Shown: positions 50,074-60,132, numbered from the stretch's first letter. The stretch: DNA of 62,845 bases from Thermoanaerobaculia bacterium (GCA_035500755.1 DATJXB010000045.1:1-62845); one strand, 5' to 3'. The notes: generated from the letters alone by a model not told the origin. Numbers and translations are program-made.

Positions 50074-51720
50074 ATGGAAAAACGCCTTCTCCTCGCGGCC
50101 GGCCTGTCCCTCGGCGTGCTGCTCCTCTGGGAATGGATCGGGCCCAAGCCCGTCCGCCCGAAGCCCGTTCCCGTTCCGACCCCGGCGGCGGCGGCGGCCG
50201 AGAACCCCGCGGCCGCGGCCCCAACCAGGGCGGAAACGGCTTCGGTCGCGCCTCCGGCGCCGGCGGCTGCGGTCAGCGCCGAGCGCGAGGAGTCGACGAC
50301 GCTTTCCAACGGCGTCTTCAAGGCGACGTTTTCGAACAGGGGAGCCGTACTCACGTCCTTCGTGTTGACGGGACACTTCGACGAGCAGAAGCGCCCGCTC
50401 GAGCTCGTCCGCACGCTGCCCGCCGACTTTCCGAAACCGCTCGGCCTCGACTTCGGCGCCGACGCGGCATCGACGAAGAAGGTGGCGACGGCGCTCTTCG
50501 CCGTCGAACGCGAGTCCGACGACGCGGTCCGCTTCCGATACGCCGACGACAAGATTTCGGTCGTCAAGGAATTCCGGATCGCGAAGGGGTACGTCTTCGA
50601 CGTCCGGGTGCAGGTGTCGGGACCGGCATACGGCGTCGTCGTTGGGCCGGGCCTGCGCAACCCGACGGAGGCCGAGCGCGGCTCGCGGTACGTGATGCCG
50701 GCCTCGGCCGTCGTCGCCGCGACCGACGGCTTGAAGCTCGTGCGCGCCGAGAAGGCGACCGACAAGGACGCCTGGACCGTGCCCGCCCGCTCGTTCGCGG
50801 GCATCGAGGACAACTATTTCCTCGAGGTGCTGCTGCCCCATACGCCGGCGACGGCGCGTGTCGTGACCTTCGCCCTTCCGAAGCCCGACGGCAAGCCCAC
50901 CCAGGAGATCGCGACCGACGTCTCGGCGCCGCCGCAGGGAATCTTCGAGGCCTCCGCGTACTTCGGTCCCAAGGACGTCTCGATTCTCGAGAGCTACAAC
51001 CTCGGCCTCGAGCGCACCGTCGACTTCGGGTGGTACGGCATCCTCGCGCGGCCGCTGCTGTGGCTCCTGAAGAAGAGCTACGCGGTCGTCGGCAACTGGG
51101 GTCTGGCGATTCTTCTCGTGACGTTCCTGATCCGCCTGCTGCTCTTCCCGCTGACGGCCAAGAGCTACGTCTCGATGAAGAAGATGCAGAAGCTCGCGCC
51201 GAAGATGAACGCGATTCGCGACAAGTACAAGAAGTCGAAGACGGACTCGCAGCAGCGCCAGAAGATGAACACGGAGCTGATGGCCCTCTACCAGGCGGAG
51301 GGCTACAACCCGATGAGCGGGTGCCTGCCGATCCTGCTGCAGCTGCCGATCCTCGTCGCCTTCTACAACGTGCTGTCGCGCTCGATCGAGCTGCGCCACG
51401 CGCCGTTCCTGTTCTGGATCAAGGACCTCTCGGCGATCGACTCGACCTACGTGCTCGTCATCCTGATGATCGTCTCGATGTACGTGCAGCAGGCGATGAC
51501 GCCCTCGACGATGGACCCGGCGCAGAAAAAGGTGTTCCTGTTCATGCCGGTGCTGTGGGGTTTCTTTCTGAAGGACATGCCGTCGGGACTCGTCCTGTAC
51601 TGGCTGTTTTCCAACCTGCTGACCATCGTGCAGCAGCTCGTGATGAACCGAATCGTGAAGGAGGACGACCCCGCGCCGCCCCGCAAGGGCGCCAAGGCCC
51701 TGAAGCAGGCGCGCGCGTAG
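50074..51720 (+). CDS. yidC: Membrane protein insertase YidC
   Basis: 548 aa with an N-terminal TM helix, a large periplasmic domain and the conserved 5-TM core (GNWGLAILLVTFLIRLLLFPL, MQKLAPKMNAIRDKYK, GCLPILLQLPILVAFY). Confidence 0.95.
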   Translation: MEKRLLLAAGLSLGVLLLWEWIGPKPVRPKPVPVPTPAAAAAENPAAAAPTRAETASVAPPAPAAAVSAEREESTTLSNGVFKATFSNRGAVLTSFVLTGHFDEQKRPLELVRTLPADFPKPLGLDFGADAASTKKVATALFAVERESDDAVRFRYADDKISVVKEFRIAKGYVFDVRVQVSGPAYGVVVGPGLRNPTEAERGSRYVMPASAVVAATDGLKLVRAEKATDKDAWTVPARSFAGIEDNYFLEVLLPHTPATARVVTFALPKPDGKPTQEIATDVSAPPQGIFEASAYFGPKDVSILESYNLGLERTVDFGWYGILARPLLWLLKKSYAVVGNWGLAILLVTFLIRLLLFPLTAKSYVSMKKMQKLAPKMNAIRDKYKKSKTDSQQRQKMNTELMALYQAEGYNPMSGCLPILLQLPILVAFYNVLSRSIELRHAPFLFWIKDLSAIDSTYVLVILMIVSMYVQQAMTPSTMDPAQKKVFLFMPVLWGFFLKDMPSGLVLYWLFSNLLTIVQQLVMNRIVKEDDPAPPRKGAKALKQARA

Positions 51721-51736
51721 GGTCGAGAAATCGCCG

Positions 51737-52450
51737 ATGAGATACGAGGCCAAGACCGAGCAGGAAGCCGTCGAGGGCGCCGCGAAAGCGCTCGGCAAAC
51801 CCGCGGCGCAGCTGAAGTACACGGTCATTCGCGACGAGAAGGCGTTCTGGGGAGGCCGCGTCGTGGAGATCGAAGTGGAGGAGCCGGGGGCGGGAGCGGG
51901 GAGTCGGGAGGCCGATCCGGAACCGCCGCTCGCGCCGGCCGTGGCGGCGAGTGCGGTCCCGAGCGCGGCGCCCGCGCCGGCCGCGCCCGTCTCCGATGCC
52001 GAGGTCGACGCCATCGTCGAGGCGACGCTGACGGAGCTGCTCTCGGCGGCCGGGCTGCTGGTCGAGACCAAGCGCCGGGCGTCGACCGGCGACGAGCTCC
52101 TCTTCGAGCTCTTCGGCGACGACGTCGAGCCGCTGCTCGCCAACAAGGGCGAGGGCCTGACCGGCCTCGAGGTGCTCGTCGGCCGCATCGCCTCCAAGCG
52201 CGTCGGGCGCCCGGTGCACGCGCGCCTCGACGCCGAGGGGTTCCGCGCGAATCGCCAGGAAGCCCTCCAGGAGCTCGCGCGCACCTCCGCCGAGGAGGTT
52301 CGCCGCACGAAACGCCCGCAGCTGCTGCCGCCGCTCGCCCCCTGGGAGCGGAGGCTCGTCCACCTGGCGTTGTCCGAAGACCCGGAGCTCGAGACCGAGA
52401 GCGAAGGCGACGGGTTCCTCAAACGCGTGGAAGTGCGGTTTAGACGCTAG
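51737..52450 (+). CDS. jag: Jag/KhpB-type RNA-binding protein (Jag_N + KH + R3H)
   Basis: 237 aa. Jag N-domain MRYEAKTEQEAVEGAAKALG and a C-terminal R3H block PWERRLVHLALSEDPELETESEGDG. Conserved position after yidC. Confidence 0.85.
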   Translation: MRYEAKTEQEAVEGAAKALGKPAAQLKYTVIRDEKAFWGGRVVEIEVEEPGAGAGSREADPEPPLAPAVAASAVPSAAPAPAAPVSDAEVDAIVEATLTELLSAAGLLVETKRRASTGDELLFELFGDDVEPLLANKGEGLTGLEVLVGRIASKRVGRPVHARLDAEGFRANRQEALQELARTSAEEVRRTKRPQLLPPLAPWERRLVHLALSEDPELETESEGDGFLKRVEVRFRR

Positions 52451-52525
52451 CCGTCGCCGCGAGCCGTCCGCCGGCAGCCTCCACCGCCGCGCTGGCGGTT
52501 TTCGCGAAGGCTTTCGGCTCGCCCG

Positions 52526-53887
52526 ATGCGCCCGACCGACGCTTTCCTCGACACCATCGCGGCCCCGGCCACGCCCGCCGGGCGCTCGGCCCTGGCGATC
52601 GTGCGCCTCTCCGGGCCGGAGTCCGCGCAGATCCTCGCCCGGCTCGCGCCGGCGCTGCCGGCGCCGCCGCCGGAGAGGCGCCCGCAGCGCGCCGCGCTCG
52701 TCGACCCTGGCGGGTCGCCGATCGACGACGCCGTCGTGACGTTCTTCCCGGCCTCTTCCTCGCCGACGGGCGAGGACGTCGTCGAGCTCTCCTTGCACGG
52801 CAGTCCCCTGGCGGTCGCGCGGCTGCTCGAGGCGGCCCGGGAATCCGGCGCGCGCCCCGCGCGGCCGGGGGAGTTCACGGAGCGCGCGTTCCGCGCCGGA
52901 AAGATCGACCTCGTGCGGGCCGAAGCCGTGCGCGACCTGATCGAGGCGCGGACCGGCGCGGCGGCGAAGGCATCGGCCCGCCGCCTGACGGGAGAGCTGA
53001 GCGGGAGGCTCGAGGCGATCCGGCAGAAGCTTCTCGACGTCTCGGCGCGTCTGGGCGCGGCGATCGATTTTTCCGACGACGTCGGCGACCGGGTCGACCC
53101 CTCCGCCGTGCGGTTCCTGCGCGAGGCCATGGCCGAGCTCGAGCGCCTCGCGGCGACCGCGAAGGCCGGGAGACTTCTCTCGAGCGGGTGCCGCGTCGCG
53201 ATCCTGGGCCTCCCGAACGCCGGAAAATCCACGCTCTACAACGCGCTCGTCGGCGAAGAAAGAGCGATCGTGACGGAGATACCGGGAACCACCCGGGACG
53301 CGCTCGAGGCGGAGATCGACCTCGGCGGCATCCCGGTCACTCTCGTCGACACGGCGGGCCTGCGGGCGACCGAGGAGCGGGTCGAGGCGATCGGGGTCGC
53401 TCGCGCGCGCGCCGAGGCGTCGCGGTCCGACGCCGTCCTCTACGTCTTCGACGCGGCGGAGGGGTTTCGAGCCGAGGACGCCGAAGCGCTCGCGCTCGCC
53501 GCAGACCGGCCGGTTCTCGTGGTCGCGAACAAGGCCGATCGGATGGCGGACGGCGCCGGCCGGCTGCCCGAAGGCGCCCTGCTCGTCTGCGGCCTTTCCC
53601 CCGGGGCCGGGCCGCTTCTGGCGCGGCGCCTCTCCGAGACGATCTCCGGCGGTGTCGACACCGAGGCCACGGCGGAGGTTCTCGGAAACCTGCGACAGGC
53701 GGATCTCGTCCTGCGGGCGCGCACGGCGTCGGCCGAGGCGCTGGCGGCGCTCGACGCCGGCACGCCGCTCGAGTACGCCGTCACCCACTGCCACGAAGCC
53801 CTCGACGCGCTCGCGGATCTCGTCGGCGAGACGACCTCCGAGGACGTGCTCGAGCGGCTGTTTTCGACCTTCTGCGTCGGAAAATGA
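52526..53887 (+). CDS. mnmE: tRNA modification GTPase MnmE
   Basis: 453 aa. [23 protein letters not shown]1 [15 protein letters not shown]3 DTAGLR and C-terminal FCVGK. Confidence 0.95.
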   Translation: MRPTDAFLDTIAAPATPAGRSALAIVRLSGPESAQILARLAPALPAPPPERRPQRAALVDPGGSPIDDAVVTFFPASSSPTGEDVVELSLHGSPLAVARLLEAARESGARPARPGEFTERAFRAGKIDLVRAEAVRDLIEARTGAAAKASARRLTGELSGRLEAIRQKLLDVSARLGAAIDFSDDVGDRVDPSAVRFLREAMAELERLAATAKAGRLLSSGCRVAILGLPNAGKSTLYNALVGEERAIVTEIPGTTRDALEAEIDLGGIPVTLVDTAGLRATEERVEAIGVARARAEASRSDAVLYVFDAAEGFRAEDAEALALAADRPVLVVANKADRMADGAGRLPEGALLVCGLSPGAGPLLARRLSETISGGVDTEATAEVLGNLRQADLVLRARTASAEALAALDAGTPLEYAVTHCHEALDALADLVGETTSEDVLERLFSTFCVGK

Positions 53888-53897
53888 GCGCCGCACG

Positions 53898-55769
53898 ATG
53901 ACCTACGACGTTCTCGTCATCGGCGGCGGCCATGCCGGCATCGAAGCCGCGCACGCCGCGGCGAAAATGGGTCGGCGGACGGCGCTCCTGACCGCGGATC
54001 GCGCCTCGATCGGGCGAATGTCCTGCAACCCGGCGATCGGCGGGCTCGCCAAGGGCCAGCTCGTGCGCGAGATCGACGCGCTCGGCGGCGTCATGGGCGA
54101 GCTCGCCGACGGCGCGGGCATTCAGTTTCGAATCCTCAATCGCTCGCGCGGACCGGCGGTGTGGGGACCTCGTGCGCAGTGCGACCGCGCGCTCTACGCG
54201 CGGCTGGCGCGCCAACGCCTGGAGCGCGCCGAGAACCTGACGCTGCTCGTGGGCATGGCGGAAGGACTCCTCGAGGACAGAGGCCGCGTCGCCGGCGTCG
54301 TGACGGCCGCGGGAGAGCGCCTCGAGGCCCGCGCCGTCGTCGTCACGGCGGGCACGTTCCTCAACGGCCTGATGCACACGGGAGAGAGGCGCACCGAGGG
54401 CGGCCGCGTCGGGGAAGCGCCGGCGCGAGGGCTTTCCGCCGCGCTCTCGGGGGCGGGCCTGCGGCTCGGGCGCTTCAAGACCGGAACGCCGCCGCGCCTC
54501 CACCGGGACTCGATCGACTACGCGGCCTGCGCCCCGCAGGAGGGCGACGATCCGCCGGTGCCCTTCTCGTTCCGGACGCGCGGCCTGCCCTCGGCGCAGA
54601 TCCGCTGCTGGTTGACCGCGACGAACGAGCGCGTCCACGCCCTCATCCGCGAGAACCTCCATCGAAGCCCGATGTACTCCGGGCAGATCCACGGCATCGG
54701 CCCGCGCTACTGCCCGTCGGTGGAAGACAAGGTCGTGCGCTTCGCCGACAAGAACCGCCACACGCTCTTTCTCGAGCCCGACGGACGCGACTCCGAGGAG
54801 ATCTACGTCAACGGACTCTCGACCTCGCTGCCGGAAGACGTGCAGCGCGCGATTCTCGCGGCGATTCCGGCGCTCGAGAACGCGCGGATGATCCGGCCGG
54901 GGTACGCCGTCGAGTACGACTTCGTCTTCCCCGATCAGCTCGCGCTGACGCTCGAGGCGCTGGAGGCGCCGGGTCTCTTTCTCGCCGGTCAGATCAACGG
55001 CACTTCGGGGTACGAGGAGGCCGCCGCGCAGGGGCTGCTCGCCGGCGTCAATGCGGCGCTTTCGACGCGGGGCGAGGCGGGGTTCGTGCTCGAGCGCTCC
55101 GAGGCGTACGCCGCGGTTCTCGTCGACGACCTCACGAAGAAGGGCCTCGAGGAGCCCTATCGCCTCTTCACCGCGCGTGCGGAGTACCGTCTGCTGCTCG
55201 GCGTCGACACGGTTCTTCCGCGCCTGATCCCGCACGGCCACAGGCTCGGCCTGATCAGCCAGCGGGAGCGCGACGAGGCCCTGCGGAGCGAGGAGCGGCT
55301 GAGAGAAGCGGAGAGGGTCCTGAGGCAGCGCTCGTTTACGCCGAGCGCGGCGACCCGCGAGGAGTTCCGGCGCAAGCTCGGATTCGACTTCGAAGCCCCC
55401 GTGACAGCATTTAAACTATTGCAAAGAAATGACTTATCTACGTATTCACTCGACTCGCTCGACGCCTCCATGCTCGAGGGCCTGGATCCCGAGGAGCGAA
55501 GCATTCTCGAGACTCGGGTCCGTTACGAGGGATACATCATGCGAGAGCGCGAGCGGCTGGAACGGTTGAAGCCCTTCGAGACGCGGCCGATCCCTTCTGG
55601 CTTCCGGTACTCGGGCGTTCCGGGCCTTTCGATCGAAGTCGTCGAACAATGCACGAAGCGCCGCCCTCGAACCATCGGCGAGGCCGCCCGGATCCCGGGA
55701 GTGACCCCGGCCGCCATCGCGATAATCTCGGCTCATGTCGCGCGAAAAGGCGGATCCCCTTCCGCCTGA
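53898..55769 (+). CDS. mnmG: tRNA uridine 5-carboxymethylaminomethyl modification enzyme MnmG (GidA)
   Basis: 623 aa from ATG 53898 ([25 protein letters not shown]). [12 protein letters not shown] and GPRYCPS(V/I)EDK blocks. Confidence 0.95.
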   Translation: MTYDVLVIGGGHAGIEAAHAAAKMGRRTALLTADRASIGRMSCNPAIGGLAKGQLVREIDALGGVMGELADGAGIQFRILNRSRGPAVWGPRAQCDRALYARLARQRLERAENLTLLVGMAEGLLEDRGRVAGVVTAAGERLEARAVVVTAGTFLNGLMHTGERRTEGGRVGEAPARGLSAALSGAGLRLGRFKTGTPPRLHRDSIDYAACAPQEGDDPPVPFSFRTRGLPSAQIRCWLTATNERVHALIRENLHRSPMYSGQIHGIGPRYCPSVEDKVVRFADKNRHTLFLEPDGRDSEEIYVNGLSTSLPEDVQRAILAAIPALENARMIRPGYAVEYDFVFPDQLALTLEALEAPGLFLAGQINGTSGYEEAAAQGLLAGVNAALSTRGEAGFVLERSEAYAAVLVDDLTKKGLEEPYRLFTARAEYRLLLGVDTVLPRLIPHGHRLGLISQRERDEALRSEERLREAERVLRQRSFTPSAATREEFRRKLGFDFEAPVTAFKLLQRNDLSTYSLDSLDASMLEGLDPEERSILETRVRYEGYIMRERERLERLKPFETRPIPSGFRYSGVPGLSIEVVEQCTKRRPRTIGEAARIPGVTPAAIAIISAHVARKGGSPSA

Positions 55770-56376
55770 GCGGTTCGAAGCGATTCTCGAGGGCGCCGGG
55801 CCCAAATCGGAAATCCGCCTCGAGGCGGCCGTCGCAAAGGGGCTCGCCCGCTACCTCTCGGAGCTCGATCGCTGGCGTCGGCGGGTCAACCTGACCGGAA
55901 ATCTGACCGCGGAAGAGCTGACCGCACACGTTCTCGAATCGCTGGCTCCGCTCAGCTTGATTGCTGCCGGCTCGAAGCTGGTTGACATCGGGTCTGGCGC
56001 CGGGTTGCCAGGCCTGCCGCTGGCGATCGCTCGACCTGATATCTCGGCCACCCTCGTCGAGCCACGGGGGCGTCGGGCGGCGTTTCTGAGACATGCCGGC
56101 CGGGCGCTAGGGCTTGCAAACGTTGAGGTTGTCCAGCGGCGCATAGAGGAAGTCGGCGGGCAGACTTTCGGTGTCGCGACGACGCGAGCGGTTGGCGGCT
56201 TTGACTCCTGGATCGGAGCGGCGTCCTTTCTCGAGCCCCGGGGGCTCTTACTAGCCTGGACCACGGACCCGGAATCCGTTGCTTCCGGCATCGGATCGCG
56301 TTTCGAGGCTGCCGGCGTGACGCCGCTTCCCGGCTCCGAGAGGCGCTGCGTGGCGGCCTTCAGGCTGCGGTCCTGA
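55735..56376 (+). CDS. rsmG: 16S rRNA (guanine527-N7)-methyltransferase RsmG (GidB)
   Basis: 213 aa. WRRRVNLTG and the SAM motif [16 protein letters not shown]. Overlaps the mnmG 3' end by 35 nt. Confidence 0.9.
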   Translation: MSREKADPLPPERFEAILEGAGPKSEIRLEAAVAKGLARYLSELDRWRRRVNLTGNLTAEELTAHVLESLAPLSLIAAGSKLVDIGSGAGLPGLPLAIARPDISATLVEPRGRRAAFLRHAGRALGLANVEVVQRRIEEVGGQTFGVATTRAVGGFDSWIGAASFLEPRGLLLAWTTDPESVASGIGSRFEAAGVTPLPGSERRCVAAFRLRS

Positions 56377-56379
56377 CGA

Positions 56380-56395
56380 TGTTCCACGTGGAACA
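56380..56395. promoter_or_regulatory. parS: parS centromere-like site (perfect 16-bp palindrome TGTTCCACGTGGAACA)
   Basis: Exact palindrome, one position off the Bacillus-type consensus TGTTNCACGTGAAACA. Lies in the rsmG-parA intergenic region, 4 nt after the rsmG stop. Confidence 0.85.
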
Positions 56396-56455
56396 CTCGC
56401 CGGGTCGATTTCCCTTGCCCCGCGTTCGAACCCGACCATAATCGGGTCCACCCTC

Positions 56456-57223
56456 ATGGCCCGAATCATCGCCATCGCCAACCAGAAAGGCGGGGTTGGC
56501 AAGACCACCACCGCGATCAATCTCGCAGCGGGGATGGCTGCATACGATCAGAAGGTGCTCCTGATCGACCTCGATCCGCAGGCCAACGCTACTTCGGGCC
56601 TGGGGTTTTCCAAGCGCGAGGAGACGGGGACGATCTACGCGGGGCTCCTGTCGGGGGAAGTCTCGCCCGTCATTCGGGAAACCGCCTTTCCGAACCTGCA
56701 CATCGCGCCCTCGGGCCGCGACCTCGTCGGCGCCGAGGTCGAACTCGTCAACAACCCCGATCGGGAGACGCGGCTCCGGTTCGCCCTGGGTGCCGTCCGA
56801 GGCAGCTACCACTTCGTGCTGATCGACTGCCCGCCTTCCCTTTCGCTCCTGACCGTCAACGCGCTCACCGCGGCCGATTCGGTCCTGGTTCCGATCCAGA
56901 CCGAGTACTTCGCGCTGGAGGGCCTGACGGAGCTGCTCGAGACGATCGAGCGTGTCAGGGACACGTTCAACCCGCTCCTCTCGATGGAGGGCATCGTCCT
57001 GACGATGTTCGACGAACGAACCAACCTCGCCCGGCAGGTCGTGGACGACATACGCCAGCACTTCGGGGACAAGGTTTTCCAGACGGTCATCCCGAGAAAC
57101 GTCCGCCTGGGAGAGGCCCCGTCATTCGGCAAGCCGGTCCTTGCCTACGACATAAAGTCGAGGGGCGCCGAGGCGTACCTGGCGCTCGCTCGGGAGTTTC
57201 TGAAGCGACGGAGGGCGAAATGA
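56456..57223 (+). CDS. parA: Chromosome partitioning ATPase ParA (Soj)
   Basis: 255 aa with the deviant Walker A IANQKGGVGKTTTAINLA. Typical ParA length and blocks. Confidence 0.95.
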   Translation: MARIIAIANQKGGVGKTTTAINLAAGMAAYDQKVLLIDLDPQANATSGLGFSKREETGTIYAGLLSGEVSPVIRETAFPNLHIAPSGRDLVGAEVELVNNPDRETRLRFALGAVRGSYHFVLIDCPPSLSLLTVNALTAADSVLVPIQTEYFALEGLTELLETIERVRDTFNPLLSMEGIVLTMFDERTNLARQVVDDIRQHFGDKVFQTVIPRNVRLGEAPSFGKPVLAYDIKSRGAEAYLALAREFLKRRRAK

Positions 57224-58068
57224 CCAAACCCGTACTCGGCCGGGGATTGTCTGCCTTGCTCCCCGGGAAGGACGATGTTCCACGTGGAACACAGCCCCGC
57301 GAGGCCGAGATCGGAAGGCTCGTCCCCTCGAGGTTCCAACCACGGCGGGACTTCTCCGAGACGGCCCTGGCGGACCTCGCCCGCTCGATCCGGGAGCAGG
57401 GGATCATCCAGCCGATCGTCGTCGTGGCCCGGGGCGAGAAATTCGAGATTGTCGCCGGGGAGCGTCGCTGGCGCGCGGCGTCCATCGCGGGGCTCGAGCG
57501 GGTGCCGATCACGGTGCGCGAGAAGGGCTCCGACCGCGACCTCCTCGAGGCCGCACTCGTCGAGAACCTGCAGCGCGAGGACCTGAACGTCCTCGAGGCC
57601 GCCGAGGCCTATTCGAGGCTGCGTGAGGAGTTCCAGCTCACGCAGGAGAGGATTGCCGAGCGCGTCGGCAAGGACCGCGCGACAGTAGCTAACATATTGA
57701 GAATATTGAAGTTATCGTCGCAGGTGCGCGAGCGGATTCGGTCCGGCGAGCTCTCGGCCGGGCACGCCAGGGCCCTCGTCGCTCTCGCCTCGACCGACGA
57801 CCAGGAGCAACTGGCCGAGGAGATCGTTCGTCGCGCGCTCTCGGTGCGCCAGACCGAGAAGCGAGTGGCGCGTCTGGCCCAGGGAGATCGCGTCGTCGTC
57901 GAGAAGCGGCGGGATCCATTCACGCGCGACGCCGAGGAGAAGCTCTCGCGAAAGCTCCAGACGAAAGTCCGAATCGTCCGCAAGCGGCGGGGCGGCAGAA
58001 TCGAGATCGCCTTCGGATCGGAAGACGAGCTGATCGGGCTCTACGAGAAGCTGGCGGAAAAGAACTAG
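57220..58068 (+). CDS. parB: Chromosome partitioning protein ParB (Spo0J)
   Basis: 282 aa. RGLSALL N-terminus, arginine patch GERRWRAA, HTH region QERIAERVGKDRATVANILRILKL. ATGA overlap with parA. Confidence 0.95.
   Translation: MTKPVLGRGLSALLPGKDDVPRGTQPREAEIGRLVPSRFQPRRDFSETALADLARSIREQGIIQPIVVVARGEKFEIVAGERRWRAASIAGLERVPITVREKGSDRDLLEAALVENLQREDLNVLEAAEAYSRLREEFQLTQERIAERVGKDRATVANILRILKLSSQVRERIRSGELSAGHARALVALASTDDQEQLAEEIVRRALSVRQTEKRVARLAQGDRVVVEKRRDPFTRDAEEKLSRKLQTKVRIVRKRRGGRIEIAFGSEDELIGLYEKLAEKN
57276..57291. promoter_or_regulatory. parS: Second parS site, inside the 5' end of parB
   Basis: Identical TGTTCCACGTGGAACA. The identity extends to 22 nt (GACGATGTTCCACGTGGAACAC) shared with the 56380 copy. 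Confidence 0.85.
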
Positions 58069-58098
58069 GCGGCCAAACTCAATTCCGGAGGTTTTCGC

Positions 58099-58500
58099 AT
58101 GAAGACGCGTGGCGAAGGCGCGACGTTGAACGGCTTCCTCGACAAGGGAAGCCACCTGAAGGGCGAGCTCGAGTTCGAGGAGACCTTCCGCATCGACGGC
58201 CGGTTCGAGGGGAAGATCCCGTCGGGCAGCGAGCTGATTCTCGGGGACTCCGCCGAGGTGGACGCGGAAATCCGGGTGGAACGCGTGTCGATCAACGGCG
58301 CCTTCAAGGGCACGATCCACGCGAGCGAGCGCGTCGAAATCCACCCGCGGGCGCGGGTCACGGCGGAGATTCACACGCCGGTGCTCTCGATCGAAGAAGG
58401 CGCCTTCTTCCAGGGCTCCTGCGCGATGACGGGCGAGGGCGCGCCGAAGCTCGTCGACGTCGCGGCGGCGGAGTCGCGTAAAGAACTGAACTCCAACTAG
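58099..58500 (+). CDS. Bactofilin (polymer-forming cytoskeletal protein, DUF583)
   Basis: 133 aa with GGAGG Shine-Dalgarno. Beta-helical repeat pattern G.L.FE..FRIDGRFEGKI......LILGDSAEVDAEI....VSINGAFKGTI......EIHPRARVTAEI....LSIEEGAFFQG. Confidence 0.9.
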   Translation: MKTRGEGATLNGFLDKGSHLKGELEFEETFRIDGRFEGKIPSGSELILGDSAEVDAEIRVERVSINGAFKGTIHASERVEIHPRARVTAEIHTPVLSIEEGAFFQGSCAMTGEGAPKLVDVAAAESRKELNSN

Positions 58501-58607
58501 TTAACGGAAGGGGCTGGTCGGGCTTCAGGCGCCCTTCAGCAATCCTCGACTCGGCGCTCCCGTCTGTGCTATTGATCCGCGGTTTCGTCGCCCGAAGAAA
58601 GTCTTCA

Positions 58608-59042
58608 ATGATCGAGTTACCCAACGTCTCGAGTCTCTATGTGTTTCTTGCCTTCGGGATCTGCTACTGGATCCTGAAGAAGTACCTCTTTGCGCCGCTG
58701 TCGGCGATTCTCGACGCGCGCGAACGCGGCGAGAGGGAAGCGGAGCAGGCCTACACCGCGAGCCTCGCCGAGCTCGACCGTGCCGTCGCCGCCGGCGAAG
58801 AGCAGCTGGCCGATGCGCGGCGAGAGGCGTTGAAGACGCGCGAAGGGCTGCGCGCCGAGGGCACCGCGCTTCTCGAGAAGAAGATCGCCGAGGCGCAGAC
58901 GGCCGCGCAGGCGTCCGTCGACAGCGGCGCCCGCGACATCGAGCGGCAGGCGGAGACGTCGGCGCGCGAGCTTCCCGAACGGGCTCGCGACCTGGCGCGC
59001 AGCCTCGCCGAGCGAATCCTCGGTCGAAAGCTCGCCGCGTGA
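58608..59042 (+). CDS. atpF2: F0F1 ATP synthase subunit b' (B-family)
   Basis: 144 aa from ATG 58608 (the track ORF starts at 58566). A single N-terminal TM helix (LYVFLAFGICYWILKKYLFAPL) is followed by a long charged helix. Confidence 0.7.
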   Translation: MIELPNVSSLYVFLAFGICYWILKKYLFAPLSAILDARERGEREAEQAYTASLAELDRAVAAGEEQLADARREALKTREGLRAEGTALLEKKIAEAQTAAQASVDSGARDIERQAETSARELPERARDLARSLAERILGRKLAA

Positions 59043-59587
59043 CGCTGCTGGCCGCCTCGCCGGCGTTGCTCCGGCTTTCCGAGGAAGCGGAGGAGGCCGC
59101 GAAGCTCTGGGGCCTGCCGATCTGGGTCTGGCAGTTCCTGAACCTCGCGCTCTTTCTCGGCGTCCTTCTCTATTTCATCGCCAAGCCGCTCGCGACGGCC
59201 TTTCGCCAGCGCCAGGAAGAGATCGAACGGCGGCGCCTCGAGGCCGAAAAGCGGCGCGAGTCCGTCGACCGGCTCGCCGCGGACATCCGCGAGCGGGCGT
59301 CCAGGATCGAGCGCGAGATCGAGGAGATCCGCCGGCAGGGCAAGGCCGACGGCGAAGAGGCGCGGCGCTCGCTCGGCGAGCGCGCGATTGCCGAAGCCGA
59401 GCGCATCCGCGAGCAGGCCGTCGAGGAAGTCGAGCGGCGGTTTGCCGCCGCGCGCGCGCAGCTGCGCCAGCAGGCCGCCGAGCTGACGACCGACGCCGCG
59501 GGCAAGATTCTGTCCCGTGAGATCACGCCGGCCGACCGTGAGCGGCTGCTCGCCGACGGTGTCTCCCGCCTGAAGGACGCTCCATGA
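59039..59587 (+). CDS. atpF: F0F1 ATP synthase subunit b
   Basis: 182 aa. GTG start overlaps the upstream stop (GTGA). TM helix [21 protein letters not shown], then an E/R/A-rich coiled helix. Confidence 0.8.
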   Translation: MTLLAASPALLRLSEEAEEAAKLWGLPIWVWQFLNLALFLGVLLYFIAKPLATAFRQRQEEIERRRLEAEKRRESVDRLAADIRERASRIEREIEEIRRQGKADGEEARRSLGERAIAEAERIREQAVEEVERRFAAARAQLRQQAAELTTDAAGKILSREITPADRERLLADGVSRLKDAP

Positions 59588-60132
59588 GCGCCTCCTTCGC
59601 GCATCCGTACGCCCGGGCCTTTCTCGAGGCCGCCCCGTCGGGCTACGACGTGGGCGCGTTCCTGAAGGCCGGCCAGACGATGTCGGACACGTTCGCGGCG
59701 AACCCGCAGCTGCGCGCGTTCCTGCTCGCGCCGAACGTGCCGCGCGAGGTCAAGAGCAAGACGATCGCGGCGCTCGCGGCGAAAGCCGGGCTCGACGAAT
59801 ACGGCGCGCGTTTCCTGCAGGTGATGCTGAAGAACCATCGCCTCCTCGAGGCGGCCGAGGTTTTCAAGACGCTGCGCGACCTCTACGACGCCCGGCAGAA
59901 CGTCCTGCGCGTGCAGCTGACCGTCGCGGCCTCGCTCTCGGACGCGGAGCGTCAATCCGTCGAGGCCGCGATCGCCGCGCGCACGGGCATGACCGTGCGA
60001 TCCCAGGTCGAAATCGATCCCACGCTGCTCGGGGGCTTCATCGCCCGGGCAGGGTCCCGCGTGTTCGACGCGACGGTGGCCGCCGCGCTCCGGCGGTTTC
60101 AGAGCCAGGTGAAGGAGAGGACGGGAGCCTGA
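59584..60132 (+). CDS. atpH: F0F1 ATP synthase subunit delta (OSCP)
   Basis: 182 aa with ATGA overlap with atp[11 protein letters not shown]-terminus and C-terminal [22 protein letters not shown]. Confidence 0.85.
   Translation: MSASFAHPYARAFLEAAPSGYDVGAFLKAGQTMSDTFAANPQLRAFLLAPNVPREVKSKTIAALAAKAGLDEYGARFLQVMLKNHRLLEAAEVFKTLRDLYDARQNVLRVQLTVAASLSDAERQSVEAAIAARTGMTVRSQVEIDPTLLGGFIARAGSRVFDATVAAALRRFQSQVKERTGA

Noticed and set aside
55851-57586. Small ORFs beginning MFHVEH... (55851-56396 minus, 57275-57586 plus), considered as a possible duplicated gene start.
   Set aside because: The shared peptide is only the translation of the palindromic parS site (ATGTTCCACGTGGAACAC) read in both directions. 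The ORFs overlap rsmG and parB out of frame.
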